Position numbers and translations under genes: made by a program
Origin: Eledone cirrhosa
Taxonomy: Eukaryota
DNA length: 64,000 nt
Assembly: GCA_964016885.1 (NCBI GenBank)
Contig: OZ024743.1
Span: 286,192,001 to 286,256,000, forward strand
Direction: 5' to 3'
Shown here: one piece after another, positions 34,020 to 48,263 of the stretch
How the letters are laid out: each line of letters begins with the position of its first letter
Position numbering within the stretch: position 1 is the stretch's first letter
The notes under the pieces: model-generated
What the model was told of the DNA's origin: nothing
Databases searched by the model: none
Seen by the model: the letters and a program-made list of their open reading frames with translations, nothing else

Positions 34020-37000
34020 TCGTTTAGCGTGATGGTGCCACGCTAAAATCACCGGTGGTTATGTCGAAAAGTGGAGACTGGAATGTCATGTGACAGACTC
34101 TCACCCAGCAGGTGCTCCCTGGTCCAGCAGCAGGGACCTAGCTGTCATCCAAATACTGCTGGTGTTGAAAGAAGGAAAAGAAGGAAAGGGACCAGAACCA
34201 ACTGGACGAAAGAATTGAATAGAACTGTTATGCAATGTTACCTGAAGGGTAACCCCAAGGAGAAAGGCTATAGGAAACGGATGCATAACATCTGGAACGA
34301 GATTGGTCTATTTAAATTAGATGAACAAAAATTGGCCGGGCAGGCTCGGGTAATAAGAACTAATGGGTGGATAAGCGAGCTGGAACTGGAGGAACTGAGC
34401 AGAGAGATTAGGTTGGAAATGGAGAGTGGAGTATGCCAGGCAAACGAGCCAGTGGGAAATGAAGGTGAAGAGGTTGAGAGAACGGAGGAAGCATCCGAAG
34501 CAGACAATGATCTGAATGCTGAAATAAATAATACCTGGAACAAAGATACGGCCATTGAGGAAATGAATGCTGACGGGCTAGGACAAGATTTGGTTGATAT
34601 TCTAAACTTAGTGGTAGATGAAATGAACAATGGTATTGGGAAACCTATGAACCTAAGATTTGTAGACAGGAAAAAGTTAAAAGAAACAACAGCTAAGGTA
34701 AACAAAATCATCCCATACCTTGAGGCGAGGAGCCTTCACCAGTGCAACAATATCCTTAAAGCAACAGCAAATGCGGTGAGGAAATTACTTAGCATAAAAG
34801 CGAGAGGAAACAACAAACAAGAAAGATCAGAACCTTGGTGGAAGAAACGACTGAATGGTCAAATCAGGGAAATGAGAAATGACATTGGAAAGCTTGAGTC
34901 CCTACTGAATGGGATACTAAAAAACATAGACACTAAAAATAGACTGGAAATAAAGTACAAAACTAGGAGGAAAAAGCTAAATATTATCATAGAGGAACTG
35001 AAGCAACGCATTGTAGCAAAGAGTGCAAAGATTAGGCCATACGAGAGCAGAGTCAGTCAGTATAGACAGAACTGTATGTTTGACAACAACCAGAAGATGT
35101 TGTTTGGACAGCTTGAAGGGAAAGAAAGAGGCAACGACTTGATCCCTGAGGCGGAACAAACTAAGACATTCTGGAGAGGAATATGCGAGCAGGATGTTAA
35201 ACATAATGATCAGGCAGTGTGAATTGAGACAGTACAAAAGGAGATTAGTGAACAGGCACACCAACAAACTGAATTGAGTATCACAGTTGAAACTCTTAAG
35301 GGGCAGGCCAAAAAACTAACCAACTGGAAATCACCAGGCCCAGATGGTGTGCAGGGGTATTGGATTAAAAATATAACATCCCTCCACCCGAAACTGACAA
35401 CCATGTTCAATGACTGCTTGATGTCAGGTGAGGTACCAGAGTGGTTGACAAAAGGTACCACAGTTCTGATAATGAAAGACTGAATCAAGGGTAATGATGT
35501 TACCAACTATAGACCTATCACATGTCTGTCCGTAATGTGGAAATTGTTAACAAGCATTGTGTCTGAGGAAATCTACCATCACCTCCACATAAACAACTTA
35601 TTACCGGACGAACAGAAAGGATGCCGAAAGAAGTCCCGTGGTACAAAGGACCAGTTACTTATTGATAAGATGGTAATGAGGAATTGCAAGAGGAGACACA
35701 CTGGTCTTGCCATGGGATGGATAGACTACAAAAAGGCATTCGACATGGTACCTCATTCTTGGATCACCAAAAGCCTAGAGATCTTCAAGGTGGCAGATAA
35801 CATCAGACAGTTGTTGAGCAAAAGTATGAAGTTAACATCAGCTGGAGAATCCTTGGGAGGCGTGAAGATCAAGAGAGGTATCTTCCAGGGAGATAGTCTT
35901 TCCCCTCTGTTGTTTGTCCTTGCCCTGATACCCCTGAACATTATACTCGGAAAAGTGAGAGCAGGATACAAGTTGGGAAAGGGAGAGCTTACCATCAATC
36001 ACCTCCTCTTCATGGACGATCTTAAGCTCTTCGGGAAGAGTGAGAAGGAGTTGTATGTGCTTGTTGACACTGTCCGTATTTTCAGCAATGATATATGTAT
36101 GCAATTTGGTATTAGTAAGCGTGGAGTCCTTGTGATGAAGAGGGGTAAATTGAGCAGAAGCAACGGAATCCAGGTACCAACAGGTGAGATGATAAAGGAA
36201 ATTGACACCGAAGAAGGATACAAATATTTAGGTGTTCTGGAGGCTGATGACATCAAGAACAAAAAAATGAAGGAATTGATAAGATCTGAATACATTCGGA
36301 GAGTAAGGAGCGTATTAAAATCACATCTGAACAGTAGGAATGCCATAAGTGCAGTAAATTCCCGAGCTGTGTCTATTATTAGGTACAGTGCGGGAATTCT
36401 GAGATGGAATGTTGCTGAACAAAAAGAAATGGATAGGAAGACTAGGAAGCTATTGACTATCTACAACATGTTCCACAAGAGGAGTGATGTCGATAGACTC
36501 TACTTAAGGAGATCTGAAGGTGGAAGAGGTCTTATCAGCATAGAGAACTGTGTTCAGATGGAGAAAAACAACTATACAAATACGTGACTGATAGTAGGGA
36601 GCCAATGCTCAGAATTGTACTGAAGGAGAGGACAATAGACCAGGGGATGTCCAAGGAGGAAATAACAAGGAGAAAGAGAAACCTTCATGAAAAATCTCTT
36701 CATAGTACCTTCTTTGAGAAAACTGAATTTAGAGATCCACAGATATGGAACTGGTTGAAAAGAGGAGACCTTAAAAAGGCTACAGAAGGAATGCTAATGG
36801 CTGCGCAAGAGCAGGCCCTCAAAACGAAGTGGGTGAAACACCATATTTACAAGGAGGAGGCTAGCCCACTGTGTAGGATCTGTGGAGAGAGAGATGAGAC
36901 TGTGGCTCACATTGTATCCGAGTGTAAACACCTAGCCCAGACTCACTATAAAGGCTGGAGACATGATGTGATGGGCAGGGTGATCCACTGGCACCTATGC

Positions 37001-37535
37001 AAAGTAAACAATTTACCACATTCTGAGAAGTGGTATGAGCATAAGCCACAGTCGGTGATAGAAAACGATCAGGTGAAGGTGCTGTGGGATTTTAGGATAC
37101 AGACGGACAAGAAACTGGAACACAATAGACCTGACCTGGTGGTTTTGGACAAAGAAAAAAGATCGTGCCTGATTGTGGATGTGGCCTGCCCATTCGACAC
37201 GAGTGTGCAAGAGAAGGAGAGGGAGAAAATTAACCGATACCAGGACTTAAAGTGGGAGGTAAAAAGGATTTGGAACTGCCATGAAGTCAAAGTGGTCCCG
37301 ATTGTCATAGACGCACTAGGTACTATCTCAAAAAGTTTCCCAGGATGGTTAAAGAAAATTGGTCCCGCCCCGCTTTTTGGAACACTTCAAAAGCATGTTT
37401 GCTGGGAACAGCAAGAACCCTCCGATACGTCCTGAATATCTGAGGCTGCAGGTAGTGGCTTGATATTCATTTCAACAAACTTTCCAGTTAACTAACATCA
37501 ATGACTGAGACTCAAAGAACAATAATAATAATAAT
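34020..37535 (+). mobile_element. R4/Dong-like non-LTR retrotransposon 1 (RT plus RLE), near full length, disrupted
   Basis: ORFs 34071-37435 contain [44 protein letters not shown]...H...C, RHD and RPD..VDVACP..EK. (AAT)n tail at 37521-37535. Confidence 0.9.
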
Positions 37536-37596
37536 GCTTTCTTTATTAACCACAAGGGTTTACACAAAGTAAAACATTAAGGACAATACAGGACAA
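37536..37596 (-). mobile_element. Severely 5'-truncated Tx1 (B-type 3' end)
   Basis: GCTTTCTTTATTAACCACAAGGGTTTACACAAAGTAAAACATTAAGGACAATACAGG is identical to 44385-44441. Confidence 0.8.
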
Positions 37597-40048
37597 ATGA
37601 AGAACAAATATGGGAAAATATAACAGTTGAACAGTTGCGTTTGGCTCTTAGAAAAACCAGCTAATGGAAATCACCAGGAAAAGACAAAATACCAAATTTT
37701 TGGATAAATGCCTTCACAGAGTCTTATGAGCTGTTAGCCCAACTTTACAATGAAATAGTTAAGGAGCCAGAAAAGATACCATCATGGCTAGTTAACGGCA
37801 TTACATTCCTGCTTCCGAAGAATGATGAGACAAACAATACCAAAAATTACAGACCGATAACTTGCTTGACCACAATGTATAAAATGTTAACATCAGTCCT
37901 AACTGAATATACATATGACCACCTGATAACAAATGACCTATTTTCTATTGAGCAGAAAGGGTGTAAACGAGGCTCATATGGCTGTAATGATCAGCTTTTG
38001 GTTAACAAAATGATACTGGAAGATTGTCATAATAGACACAAAAATTTATCAATTGCTTGGATAGATTATAAAAAAGCATTCGATAGTTTGCCACACAGTT
38101 GGATTGAAAAATGTTTAGAGATTTTCAAAATATCTCCCGCTGTCAGGAGGTTCCTGTCATTCAGTATGAAGACACTCCTTTTGAATAGTGAAAAAAATCA
38201 CTGGAAGCTGGAGAAGTTAATATTAATTGTGGAATTTTTCAGGGTGACTCTTTATCACCGCTTTTATTCTGCATCGCACTTATACCATTAAGTAAAATGC
38301 TCAATGAAACAAAACATGGATATAAAGTCTATGACAAAACCATTAATCACTTGTTCTACATGGATGACCTGAAACTATTTGCAAAAAATGATGAACAATT
38401 GTAAGGGCTATTATTCACTGTGGAGCAGTTCAGTGATAACATTAAAATGGAGTTTGGACTAGATAAATGCGCCAAAGCAACGTTTACCAGAGGAAAGCTG
38501 CTGAAAGGTTCAGACATTAATCTTGATCGGGGGAATGTGATAAGAGAACTTGATCAAGAGGAAACTTACAAATATCTAGGTGTTTGTGAAGGGGACGGAA
38601 TCAAGCACTCGACAATAAGGGAAAGGATAAGGAAGGAATGTTACCGCAGAGTAAGAGCAATCTTAAGAACGGAATTGAATGCAAGGAATAGGATCGATGC
38701 CATAAACACACTTGCCATACCAGTAGTAACCCACAGTTACAATGTCATGAACTGGTCAAGCACAGAGATCCGTAGGCTCGATACAAAAATTAGAAAATTC
38801 TTAACCATGCACAGAATGCATCACCCTAAGGCAGATACAGATAGAATATATCTCCCTAGGAAAGAAGGAGGACGTGGGTTAATCCAGTTAAGTATTGCGT
38901 TGAAAACTGCAACAATTGGATTATCTACATATCTAAGGGAATTACATGATTGGATGATCAAACTCGTTTTGAAACACGAAAGCATCAAAAGATCATACTC
39001 CATTACAAAAGATGCACAAAGATACAGTAATGGACTACACATTTCAGAAGTCCCATTTACTGCTGAAATGGAAAACACAGAAAAAGCAAAGCAGGTAAAA
39101 GTAACTGCAAAGAAAGAACTGCTACAGAAACTGGCTAAGAAATGGCAAGAAAAGCCTCTGTATGGAAGATACCCAGAAAGAGCTAACAATCCTGATGTTG
39201 ACAAAACTTTAACCCATCAGTGGTTGGCATACTCTGGACTGAAATCGGAGACTGAAGGACTGATTATATCAGAAAAGAGATCAGTGTCTGCCAAAAAAAA
39301 ATACCAAGCCAACATAATAAAAAATGGATGCAACCCATTATGCCGTGTATGTAAAAAACAACCAGAGACCATTGATCATATAATTTCAATGTGCAGTCCT
39401 ATAGCTCCAACCGAATACCTAAACAGGCATGACAGAGCTGCACAATACATACATTGGATAATGTGTAAGCATTTTGACCTGCCCCATCAAAAGAATTGGC
39501 GGGAGCATCAACCACCTCCCATACTTGAAAAAGATCACATCTCAATCTTGTGGAACTTTAGCATCCAAACAGACCGAAAAATAGATGCAAATAGACCTGA
39601 TATAATACTGAAGGACTTTAAAAAGAGGGTATGCCTGCTAATTGATATGTCTGTTCCAATAGACAAGAATGTATCTATAAAAACATTTGAAAAATTGAGC
39701 AAGTATAAGGAGCTGGAGATAGAAATTGTAAAAATGTGGAAATTGAGAACTAAAACAATACCAGTGGTTGTAGGCGCTCTAGGAATGACACCTAAGGGGT
39801 CTAATGATTACTTATCGCAAATCCCAGGAAACCCGCGTATAGAAATACAAAAGATAGTGCTAATGGGAACTGCCCATATACTAAGGAAGATTCTGTCAAT
39901 ATAAGTACATCACAAATCTAAACACCTAAAAATGCATGTGTGTGTATGTATGTTCTTTCTTGAACATGGCGGACCTTGTTGTCTCTTGAGGTCACTGGTT
40001 GTGACTTGGTGATAACTCGTATGAACATAAAGCAAGATAAATGCAACT

Positions 40049-40085
<37 letters not shown>
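37597..40085 (+). mobile_element. R4/Dong-like element 2, 5'-truncated and disrupted
   Basis: Motifs [35 protein letters not shown] and RPDII..LIDMSVP. (AAT)n tail at 40051-40085. Confidence 0.9.
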
Positions 40086-40086
<1 letters not shown>

Positions 40087-40273
40087 TGTTTCTACTTTTG
40101 GCACAAGGCCAGCAATTACCCAGTGCATTACTGGTACTTTATTTTATCGACCCCGTAAGAATGAAAGGCGAAGTTAACCTCGGCGGGATTTGAACTCAGA
40201 TCGTAAAGGGACGTAACTCTTTGCGTCAAAGCATGGCGTCCGACTCTCTACTGATACTGCCAATCCACCGCCC
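40084..40273 (-). mobile_element. Full-length Nin/Deu SINE between two (AAT)n tracts
   Basis: A/B boxes and Nin domain present. (AAT)n on both sides. Confidence 0.88.
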
Positions 40274-40278
40274 TCTAT

Positions 40279-43200
40279 AATAATAATAATAATGATTTCA
40301 TTTATTAACCACAAGGGCCGACATGTAGGGGACAATACAAATACAGGGACAGTGGGGGTTTACAATAAGGTCGAGTAAATAAAAGTGCACAATAGCAAGA
40401 CTAATTTAACAATGAAAATATAAAAATATAAAATAAATTCCCCGATAGGGGGTGGACTACCCTGGGGTGACTCGAGTACCCCACCAATCCTGAACCACCC
40501 TGCGCTTCTAGGGCACGCAGGGAGAGCACCCCTCTCCTCAAGTTAGCTAGCCTATAGGCGCATCGTCAGAGTAGGCCCATTCACACGAGCCATTCTCGCC
40601 ACATTCACCCACCTTTTAGCAAATGTACTGGGGGGCAGCACTTCTCTCTCCACCCTCACCTTCCTTTCCAGGTGAAACTTGAAGAAGTTAATGAGGGATT
40701 GGCCGAGGAGAAAAGTGTCTGTCTTCAGTCCTTTTAACCTGGTCCACCGTATAACCTCTTTCGCAACTGCCACCAGACAGAAGGCAATTTCCTGCTCTTC
40801 CTGACCTAAGGAAGGCGGTGGATCGATCTTCACTATGGACTCGGCCGATAGCCGGATTCGTTCCACACGCGACAGTAGCTGTTCGACATAACTCCACAAG
40901 TCAGTAATGCACGGACATTGGACAAGTGCGTGCAGAACGGTTTCGTCGTTCTGTGCGCATCTTGGGCAGGTCCGTCTGACAGCACTTCCGTGCCTGTAGA
41001 GTTTATCCCGAACCGGCAGTGCCCCCCGGTAGCACTGCAAAGCGAGGGATTTCTGGAAATTGTCCATCGTCCCCGGCTCAAAAGTCCTAAGGTACAGACT
41101 GGTCAGTTCGACTTGGTCGAGGCCCAAAGCTTCTCCGAGTGCGTCATCGCACTTGCCCACCACTAATCCTCTATAGAACTCGAGAGTGGAAGTTCCACTG
41201 ATCGCATTGCCCGTTTGGTAGAGGGCAGTGAGTGCCTGGCAACATTCCAGGTGCCAGTCACCCAGTCTTGGTCTCTTCTTGACCCAGGACTGCAGCTCAG
41301 TCAAAGAAATGAGCTGCGGACAGGCCCGTCTGATAAACGGCGACCACACCTGTTCACTGTTGAGGCAGAATATCTGGAGATGTCGCAGCCTCAACGCATG
41401 TCGGCGCATCATTAGCCACGGCATGCCCAGCCCTCCGCGTAGAGGGTGCTGGCAGCAGATAGATCGCCTCACCAACGGAACTTGTACTTTCCACAAGAAT
41501 TTGAAGAGGAGCCGTTCCAACTTGACGAGGCGCGGGCGGCGGCAAGGGACGACGGTCAGAAGGTAGTAGATGATGGATGCGATGTACGCATTCGCCACCT
41601 CCGCGCGACCTTTCAGTGATAGCTTCCTCCCAGCCCATTTTTGGGTGAGACTGGCTACTCTGCTCGTTACCTCGTCCCAATTCTTTTCCACCTGGAGGTC
41701 TGGTCCGAACCAAACCCCGAGCAACTTTACCGGTCCGTCCGCCCAGCGCCCCACGACGCTGTTGGACGGCATGGGCTTACCTCTCTAGGTTCCGAGCTGC
41801 AAGCCCACCAACTTTTCCTGGTTAAGTTTGGCTCCTGTCAACCTTTCATATTGCTTCAATAAGTTGCCGACCACCTCGATTTCTGAGGTGTTCGACACCA
41901 TCGCGGTGATGTCGTCCGCATAAGCCGACACAGCCTTTCCGCGTCCCGGTTCGAGCGGGATGCCCTGCAACAGCTCCAGCTTCCGCAGTAAAGGCTCGAG
42001 AGTCAATACGTACAGAAGGGAGGAGAGAGGGCAACCTTGACGGACCGATCGGGAGAGCCGAAATGGTCCGAGAGGTGGCCATTAACGTTGACCACCGAGC
42101 GTGTGCCGCTGTGCATTGCAGCGATCCAGCTTCTGAAGACAGGGCCGAAGCCAGCTGCTTTGAGGACAAACTCCAGATACCGATGGTCGACCCTATCGAA
42201 TGCTTTCGATTGATCTAAATTGATCAGTGCCCCACCGAAGCCAGGTTTACACCCTACCCTCTCTATGATGTATCGCATGAAGTGGAGATTGTCGCGTATG
42301 GACCTGGCTGGGATTGCGCAAGTTTGCGCCTCCCCAACCAAATCCTCGACGACAAGCGCCAATCTCTTTGCTAACACCTTGGCCAACATCTTAAACTCTG
42401 TGTTGAGCAGAGTTATGGGCCTGAAGTTGTCTAATGTATTCCTCTTGTTCTCGTCTTTCCTTATCAGCGTCACCACTCCCCTGCTCACAGAACTGGGAAT
42501 ACTCCCATTCTGCTGCCAGTTGCAGTAAAGGGCTTCGAGGAGATTGGAGAACAAGTCTGGCATATTTACGTAAAGCTCGTAGGGCAGACCATCCAAACCG
42601 GGTGACTTGCGCCTTATGCAGCCGACAAGGGCGTCCTGAATTTCGGCTGAAGTAATCGGCCTTTCGCAGCGCTCAGCGTCGACCGTCGAGATGCGCGGCA
42701 AGCCGTCAAGATAGGGACTGAAATCCGCTACTCTCTCTGACTCGCCACTCTCCCCGAACAACCGAGCAAAGTGCTAGCGAAAGGCCTCACACATCCGCTT
42801 GGAATCGCTTATCTCGTGTCCGTCTCGGTCCGCCAAAGACCGAATTGTGGTTTTATTACCACGCTGCGCGTCCGCCACGCGGGCCCATCGAACAGCTTTG
42901 GTTCCCTCGTTTCTCAGCGCACGCACCTTAGCTCTGACAATGAAACCTTCGTGTTCGCATTGAAGAAATGGTCTAATACCATTCTCGCCGCTAGCACGTC
43001 AGTTGCAATGCCACTACAAATAGCCTCGTCTAACTTATCTACCAGCTCCCCCTCCTTTCTATTTTTCTCTAACGCTATTTCTTTGCTGAACTCTATCGAA
43101 GTTACTCTAATCTCTCTTTTGAGAGCCCCCCACCATCTGTTGTTGATGATCCACCCTGTCAACTTTTGCTTAACTAAATTGTTGACTCGGTCCCTGTAAG

Positions 43201-44380
43201 CCTTACGTGCCGGAAATGACATGTTCAGCTTCCAGTAACCCGGTCCTAACCTACGCGTTTTATCTAGGTCGACCGTACAGATCACAAATTTATGATCTGA
43301 ATAGGTGACCATTTTAAAAAGTGGGCAGCCCACACTATTTCTATCTATTTTCCTAATGAAGATCCTGTCTATATACGATCTAGATGACCCCGGTTGGTCC
43401 ATGTCCACATTGGCACATTGGGGAAGTCTAGTCGATAACTGTCAGACAGTTGGAACTGGCTGAGTAGGTGCTTGAGGCTTTTGCACCCCCGCTCCTATCG
43501 GATACTCCCACACAGTCCCAGCGTGCGTCTAAAATGCCATTCCAGTCCCCCGCTAACAGTAAAGGGCGAGACGTACCCAGAAAGGTCTCCAGGCCCCTAA
43601 TGAAGTCCGTCGTCCGGCCCCTATAGGGGAGTAGACGGCCAGCAGTCTAAAGGCACCACCTTCGCTACTGCTCACATCCAAGACCACCAACTTACCATCC
43701 GGGTCCCGGAAGATCGACCTTACCTCGAGATTCAGTTCTTTCCTAAACAGCACTTCCCCCCCCCCTCCCGGTCTGCTAACAGATGCGAAGATCTGATAGT
43801 CGTCGAAAATGGGGGCTAGTGCGCGCGTGTCGGAAATTCTGGTCTCGCTGACCGCAATCACATCCATTTCCAGCGACCTCAGGTCGTTGAGCAGGCGACC
43901 CTGCTTCCAGGTTGACTCCAGGCCGCGAACATTTAAACTTCCTACTCTTAATATGGCCATATTGGTAAGCTAAGAGAGAGAGAGGGAAGGTTTACTTACC
44001 TCCCGGGGTCTTGTGAAGGTCGGGTTGTTCGATCTCCATGGTTGGTGGGGTTTCTTTTGGGAACCCCTTTAAAAGTCTTGATGTGGGTCTCACATTCGGG
44101 GTTCCCACGTCTTGAGGAAAGCTCTCTCGAATTTCTTTGAAGGAATTGAGTGACATTCGGACTAGAAACAAATCTTCTGGCATGCAAAATGTGCTCATTT
44201 CAAAAATCTCTCCCTCTGTTTGAATGTCCTCGCTTCGTGCTAAGAGGGCCATCAGTTTATCGTTGGCCCTTCTGACAAGCACGAAGTTTTTAACATTTTG
44301 TTGGTGTGGTTTTATTTGTTTTCGTTTTGGTGACTGTGGTGGTGATGGTTTTGGTGGTGTTGTTTCGGGTATGTCTGTGT
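40279..44380 (-). mobile_element. Tx1-like LINE subfamily C, 5'-truncated, frameshifted ORF2 (40552-43960) and ORF1 end
   Basis: Fragmented ORFs are homologous to ORF2 (GSLNVRG, VSETR, SDHK, DQSKAFD, YADD, CPRC). It has a distinct 3' UTR and an (AAT)5 tail. Confidence 0.9.
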
Positions 44381-46770
44381 TAATGCTTTCTTTATTAACC
44401 ACAAGGGTTTACACAAAGTAAAACATTAAGGACAATACAGGAAAATACAGGACGGAACAAATGGGCATTTCTGCGAGTAAAAAATAAAAACAGAGGATGT
44501 AACAAAAAAAGAAACAATGAAAAATTCAAAAATAGGGGGGAGACTTCCGAGGGGCATCCGTGGAGAAAGCCCATTTAAAAAGCCTCGGTGACCCTTGCGC
44601 GCTGTTAACGACGCGTTTAGCTTCCAGTAGCCGGGTCCCTGTCTATGAAGCCTATCTAAGTCAATCTCACAGATCACGAATTTGTGGTCCGTGTAGTCGA
44701 CTATTTTGAATTGTGGACAGCCTATGCTAGACCTATATATTTCCCTACAAAATACCCTATCTAGATATGATCTGGATGATCCGATGCGGTTTGTCCATGT
44801 CCACATTGGGAAATCCAGACGGTACCTATCAGACAGTTGAAACCGTCTGAGCAGGTTTGCGAGGCTTTTACACCCTCCTCCCCTATCCGCTAATCCCACA
44901 CAGTCCCAGCGTGCATCTAAGATACCGTTCCAGTCGCCCACTAACACTAAAGAGCGGGACGTTCCAAGAAAGATCTCCAGACGCCGGAAGAAATCAGGCC
45001 GCGCTGCTCCTGTCGGGGCATAGACGGCCACTAGGCTGATAGCTTGCCCGTCTCCGCTGGTCACGTCCAGCACCACCAACTTACCTTCTGGGTCCAGGAA
45101 GATGGCCCGTATGGCGAGATCCAAGCCTCTCTGAAAAAGCACAGCAACTCCTCCCCCAGATCCTGGACAGCTGGGAGATGCGTATATATCGTAGCCGCCG
45201 ATTTCTGTGTGATGCGAGTGATTTGTATGTGTGGGGATGGTGTGAATTTTTGGGGTGTTGTATAGTATTTTTCTGTGATGCTGGTGTTGTGTTGGATGTA
45301 GTGTAATAATTGGTTCTTGTTCAAATTTAATGCTGTGTAGTGTCTATCGTTTTGGTTGCTTTGTTTTGTTTGCGTTTGTTGTTGGTTTGTTTCTGTTTCG
45401 CTTGGTGCTTTTTGTGGTGTTGGTGATGGTGGTGTTGGGGTTAATGATGGTGTTGGTGTTTGTGGTGATGGGGCTGGTGATGCTGGTGTGGGTGGTGGCA
45501 TAGCTTTTTAACTTTTTTGTTAGTTTGTTTGTTTGTTTCGCCCTGCATTTTGTTTTTGGAGGACGAAGGAAGAGGATTTTTTCTTTTTTGGTTTCTTCTT
45601 TTTTTCTTTTTTCCTGATACAGTTTCCCCGTCGTCACAAACTGTTTCCAGTTGTGAAAGGTCGGGGGTGGAAAATCCTCCACAGGCGTTGGTTTTGGTTG
45701 TGGCGTGGTGGATGGTGGAGGCTCTGGTGCTAATTCTGGCGCGGTGGGTGGTGGTGGTGGTGTTGGTTTTGCTACTGTTGCTGCTACAGTTGCTGGGATT
45801 GTTGCAGCTACTGTTGCTGCTACAGTTGTTGCTGCCATTTCTGCTGCTGGTTTTGATGGTTGAGTCACTGGGGTGGGTAGGAGAGGTGGCCTCAACTTTT
45901 TAGCCTGAGAGCAGAAAGCCTTTAGGTGGGTTCCTTCGCCACAAACGACACACCTAGACCTTCTACCTTCAACGATTACGGTGAGGTGGCTGCCGTCATT
46001 GAGGTCTATCATCTCTGAAATTTCCTGTATGTTTTTTTGGTCCGCTTGGATCAGGAGCTCCATCCCAGATCCGGACCAGTTCTCCTGCTTTATTTTTATC
46101 ACCTCAATTACTTTTATGTCGGCCTTGATGTCGGCGAGGACGGCAGCCATTAGCTAGGGAATTTCTATGGCCGGCGGAACCTGGTCACCCTGATCCTTAC
46201 CAGCCTCTGACCACAATAGCTTGGGACGAGTGTGAACTCCTCACTTTTTAATGGGGCCATGGAGTGCTCTCTGGCTTCCTGTGGTGGTTCCAAAGAACAC
46301 ATCCACGGTTCCATATTTTTGCCCACGTCTGATATGGGGTTTTTGAGCCCACATATGTCCCACAGCTTTTTGTATCTGGGACTCGGATGCCCGTTCCACT
46401 CGGCGTGTTTTCATATTTATTTTGCGATATGATTGTGCGATATTCGCTTGGCTTCATTCAATTCTTCCTGGCTTACCTCAACCGTTTCGATTTTGTTTGC
46501 CGCTTTAGCAAACGACACATTTGGTTTTGCGCTGATGTTGATGTTGTTGTTGTTATTGTTATTGTTGCTGTTGTTGTTATTATTATTTTTGTTATTATTA
46601 TTTTTAGTTTCAGTTGTGGTGGTGGTGGTGGTGATGGTGGTGGTGGTGATGGTGGTGGTGTAAGTAGCGTTCGGCGTGGAAGGGTCGATTTTGGGAGAAT
46701 CCATTTCGATATCACGAGATAATAATTTATTTTTTTGTTTCAGTTGTTGCTGTGGTGGTGGTTGTTTTTT
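44381..46770 (-). mobile_element. Tx1 subfamily B internal-deletion derivative (ORF1, partial EN, 3' UTR; no RT)
   Basis: The 3' UTR joins EN sequence at ~44594 and EN joins ORF1 at ~45200. The knuckle CVVCGEGTHLKAFC is retained. Confidence 0.85.
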
Positions 46771-47697
46771 TTTAAATCATATAAGTTAACCATAGTCCGT
46801 GGCTCGGACGTCCTCCGGAACAGTCTGGTTAGGACTGATGACGAGGCCACGTGGCAAATTGAAATTGTAAGATTGACACCGGTCCATCGATTTATACCAC
46901 AGTGTATAGATCAGTGCAACAGAATATAAGAAGTTGGGGATATTGCCAGTGATAATAACCCCTGATACATTGATGCCATTGTAACACAATATGGGTGGTT
47001 TGAAAGTGTCGAAGGGACAAGAAATTACAAGTGGTCAAGTGGCAACAGTATGGAATTGCAAGTATTTATGACTTCTCAAAAGCACAATTTCATTCCAGAA
47101 CTATGTTCAATGGTAGACACAGAAATGTAACCAAGACTAGTAACACAGGGTAGAAAACGTAGCTGTTATGTGTGTAAGAAAAAGTCATTTGGGGGTTTTC
47201 TGTCAACAACAGCAGTAAAAATAGAACAAAATGAATAAATAAATAAATAAATAAACATTAGTAGAGACATAGACAAAAAGTCAGACATGCTGCTATCCAC
47301 AAAGTACCACCGGTCCAAGATCTATCATGTCTGTGGTGTGTTTGTGTGTGCATATGAGCATGCGCGTGTGATGTGTTAGAAATTACAATAAACAAAAGTA
47401 AAATTGTATCCAACTTTTCAGCATTTAATTCCCGTAAGAAAATTTCTGCTGAAGTGTTGCATCAAGTAGTGGAAAAGTACTTGAGTGATGTGAGTATTAA
47501 TAGTAAAAAAACTGCTTTGCCTTTACAATACTTCAAACCATTGTTGCATTAATAACTATTTCTATATGTTAATGAAATTAGATAGTCTAAACTTGATTTT
47601 CATAAAATGTATTTGTCACACTCCACGTTTAGCATGTTCTTATGTTACTGAATAATTAATTACATTCTACATTTAACTATATCTTAATAGAAACTTA

Positions 47698-47850
47698 AGG
47701 CGGCGAATTGTCAGAGTCGTTAGAACGTAGGATAGACTGCTTTACGATACTTGTTTCGGCTCTCTGAGTTCAAATCGCACCGAGGTCAACTTTGCCTTTT
47801 ATCTATTCGAGGTCAATAAAAAAAAGTACCAATTTAGTATTGGTATCGAT
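47698..47850 (+). mobile_element. Nin/Deu SINE (partial)
   Basis: GGCGGCGAATTG..., GAGTTCAAATC, CTTTGCCTTT..GGTCAATAAA. Confidence 0.7.
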
Positions 47851-48263
47851 TCTTCTTCTATATATCTTTCTTACTTCTATTCTTCTATTCTCTCACTCTC
47901 TCTATCCTTCTCTCAAAGAAATCTGATGTATTCCGATCTGGAGAATGCCATAGAAACGCCGTATGTCAATACGGTGCCCCTTAGGAGTTACGGGACCATA
48001 CATACAATAGAAACCTACAGCTGGTTATATAGGGCAGTTTTGTGAAGACAGCTCAACGCGGAAATATATAAAATGATTAACTATGTTAAGGAACCATTGA
48101 AAATGATTCACTTTTCAGTCACATAGTTAGCGAGCAATAACTATATATAAGGTATTCTTAGTGAGTAGGGTGCATAAACATGACCGTACAAACTCATGAA
48201 AAAACGACCGACTTATATACGAGCATATATATGAGGTAGCTGTGACATGATCACAGCTTAAAG

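Noticed and set aside
34020-34070. HDV-like ribozyme at the Dong 5' end
   Set aside because: Only a simple hairpin (TTTAGCGTG/CACGCTAAA) is visible. The nested double pseudoknot could not be assigned by eye.
44590-45205. Internal deletions as spliced-out introns
   Set aside because: The junctions do not coincide with the GTAAGT donor. Microhomology-mediated deletion is simpler.
46830-46890. CTGATGA...GCCACGTGGC...GAAA hammerhead-like motif
   Set aside because: Stem II is not contiguous with the core, and there is no convincing stem I/III or NUH site.
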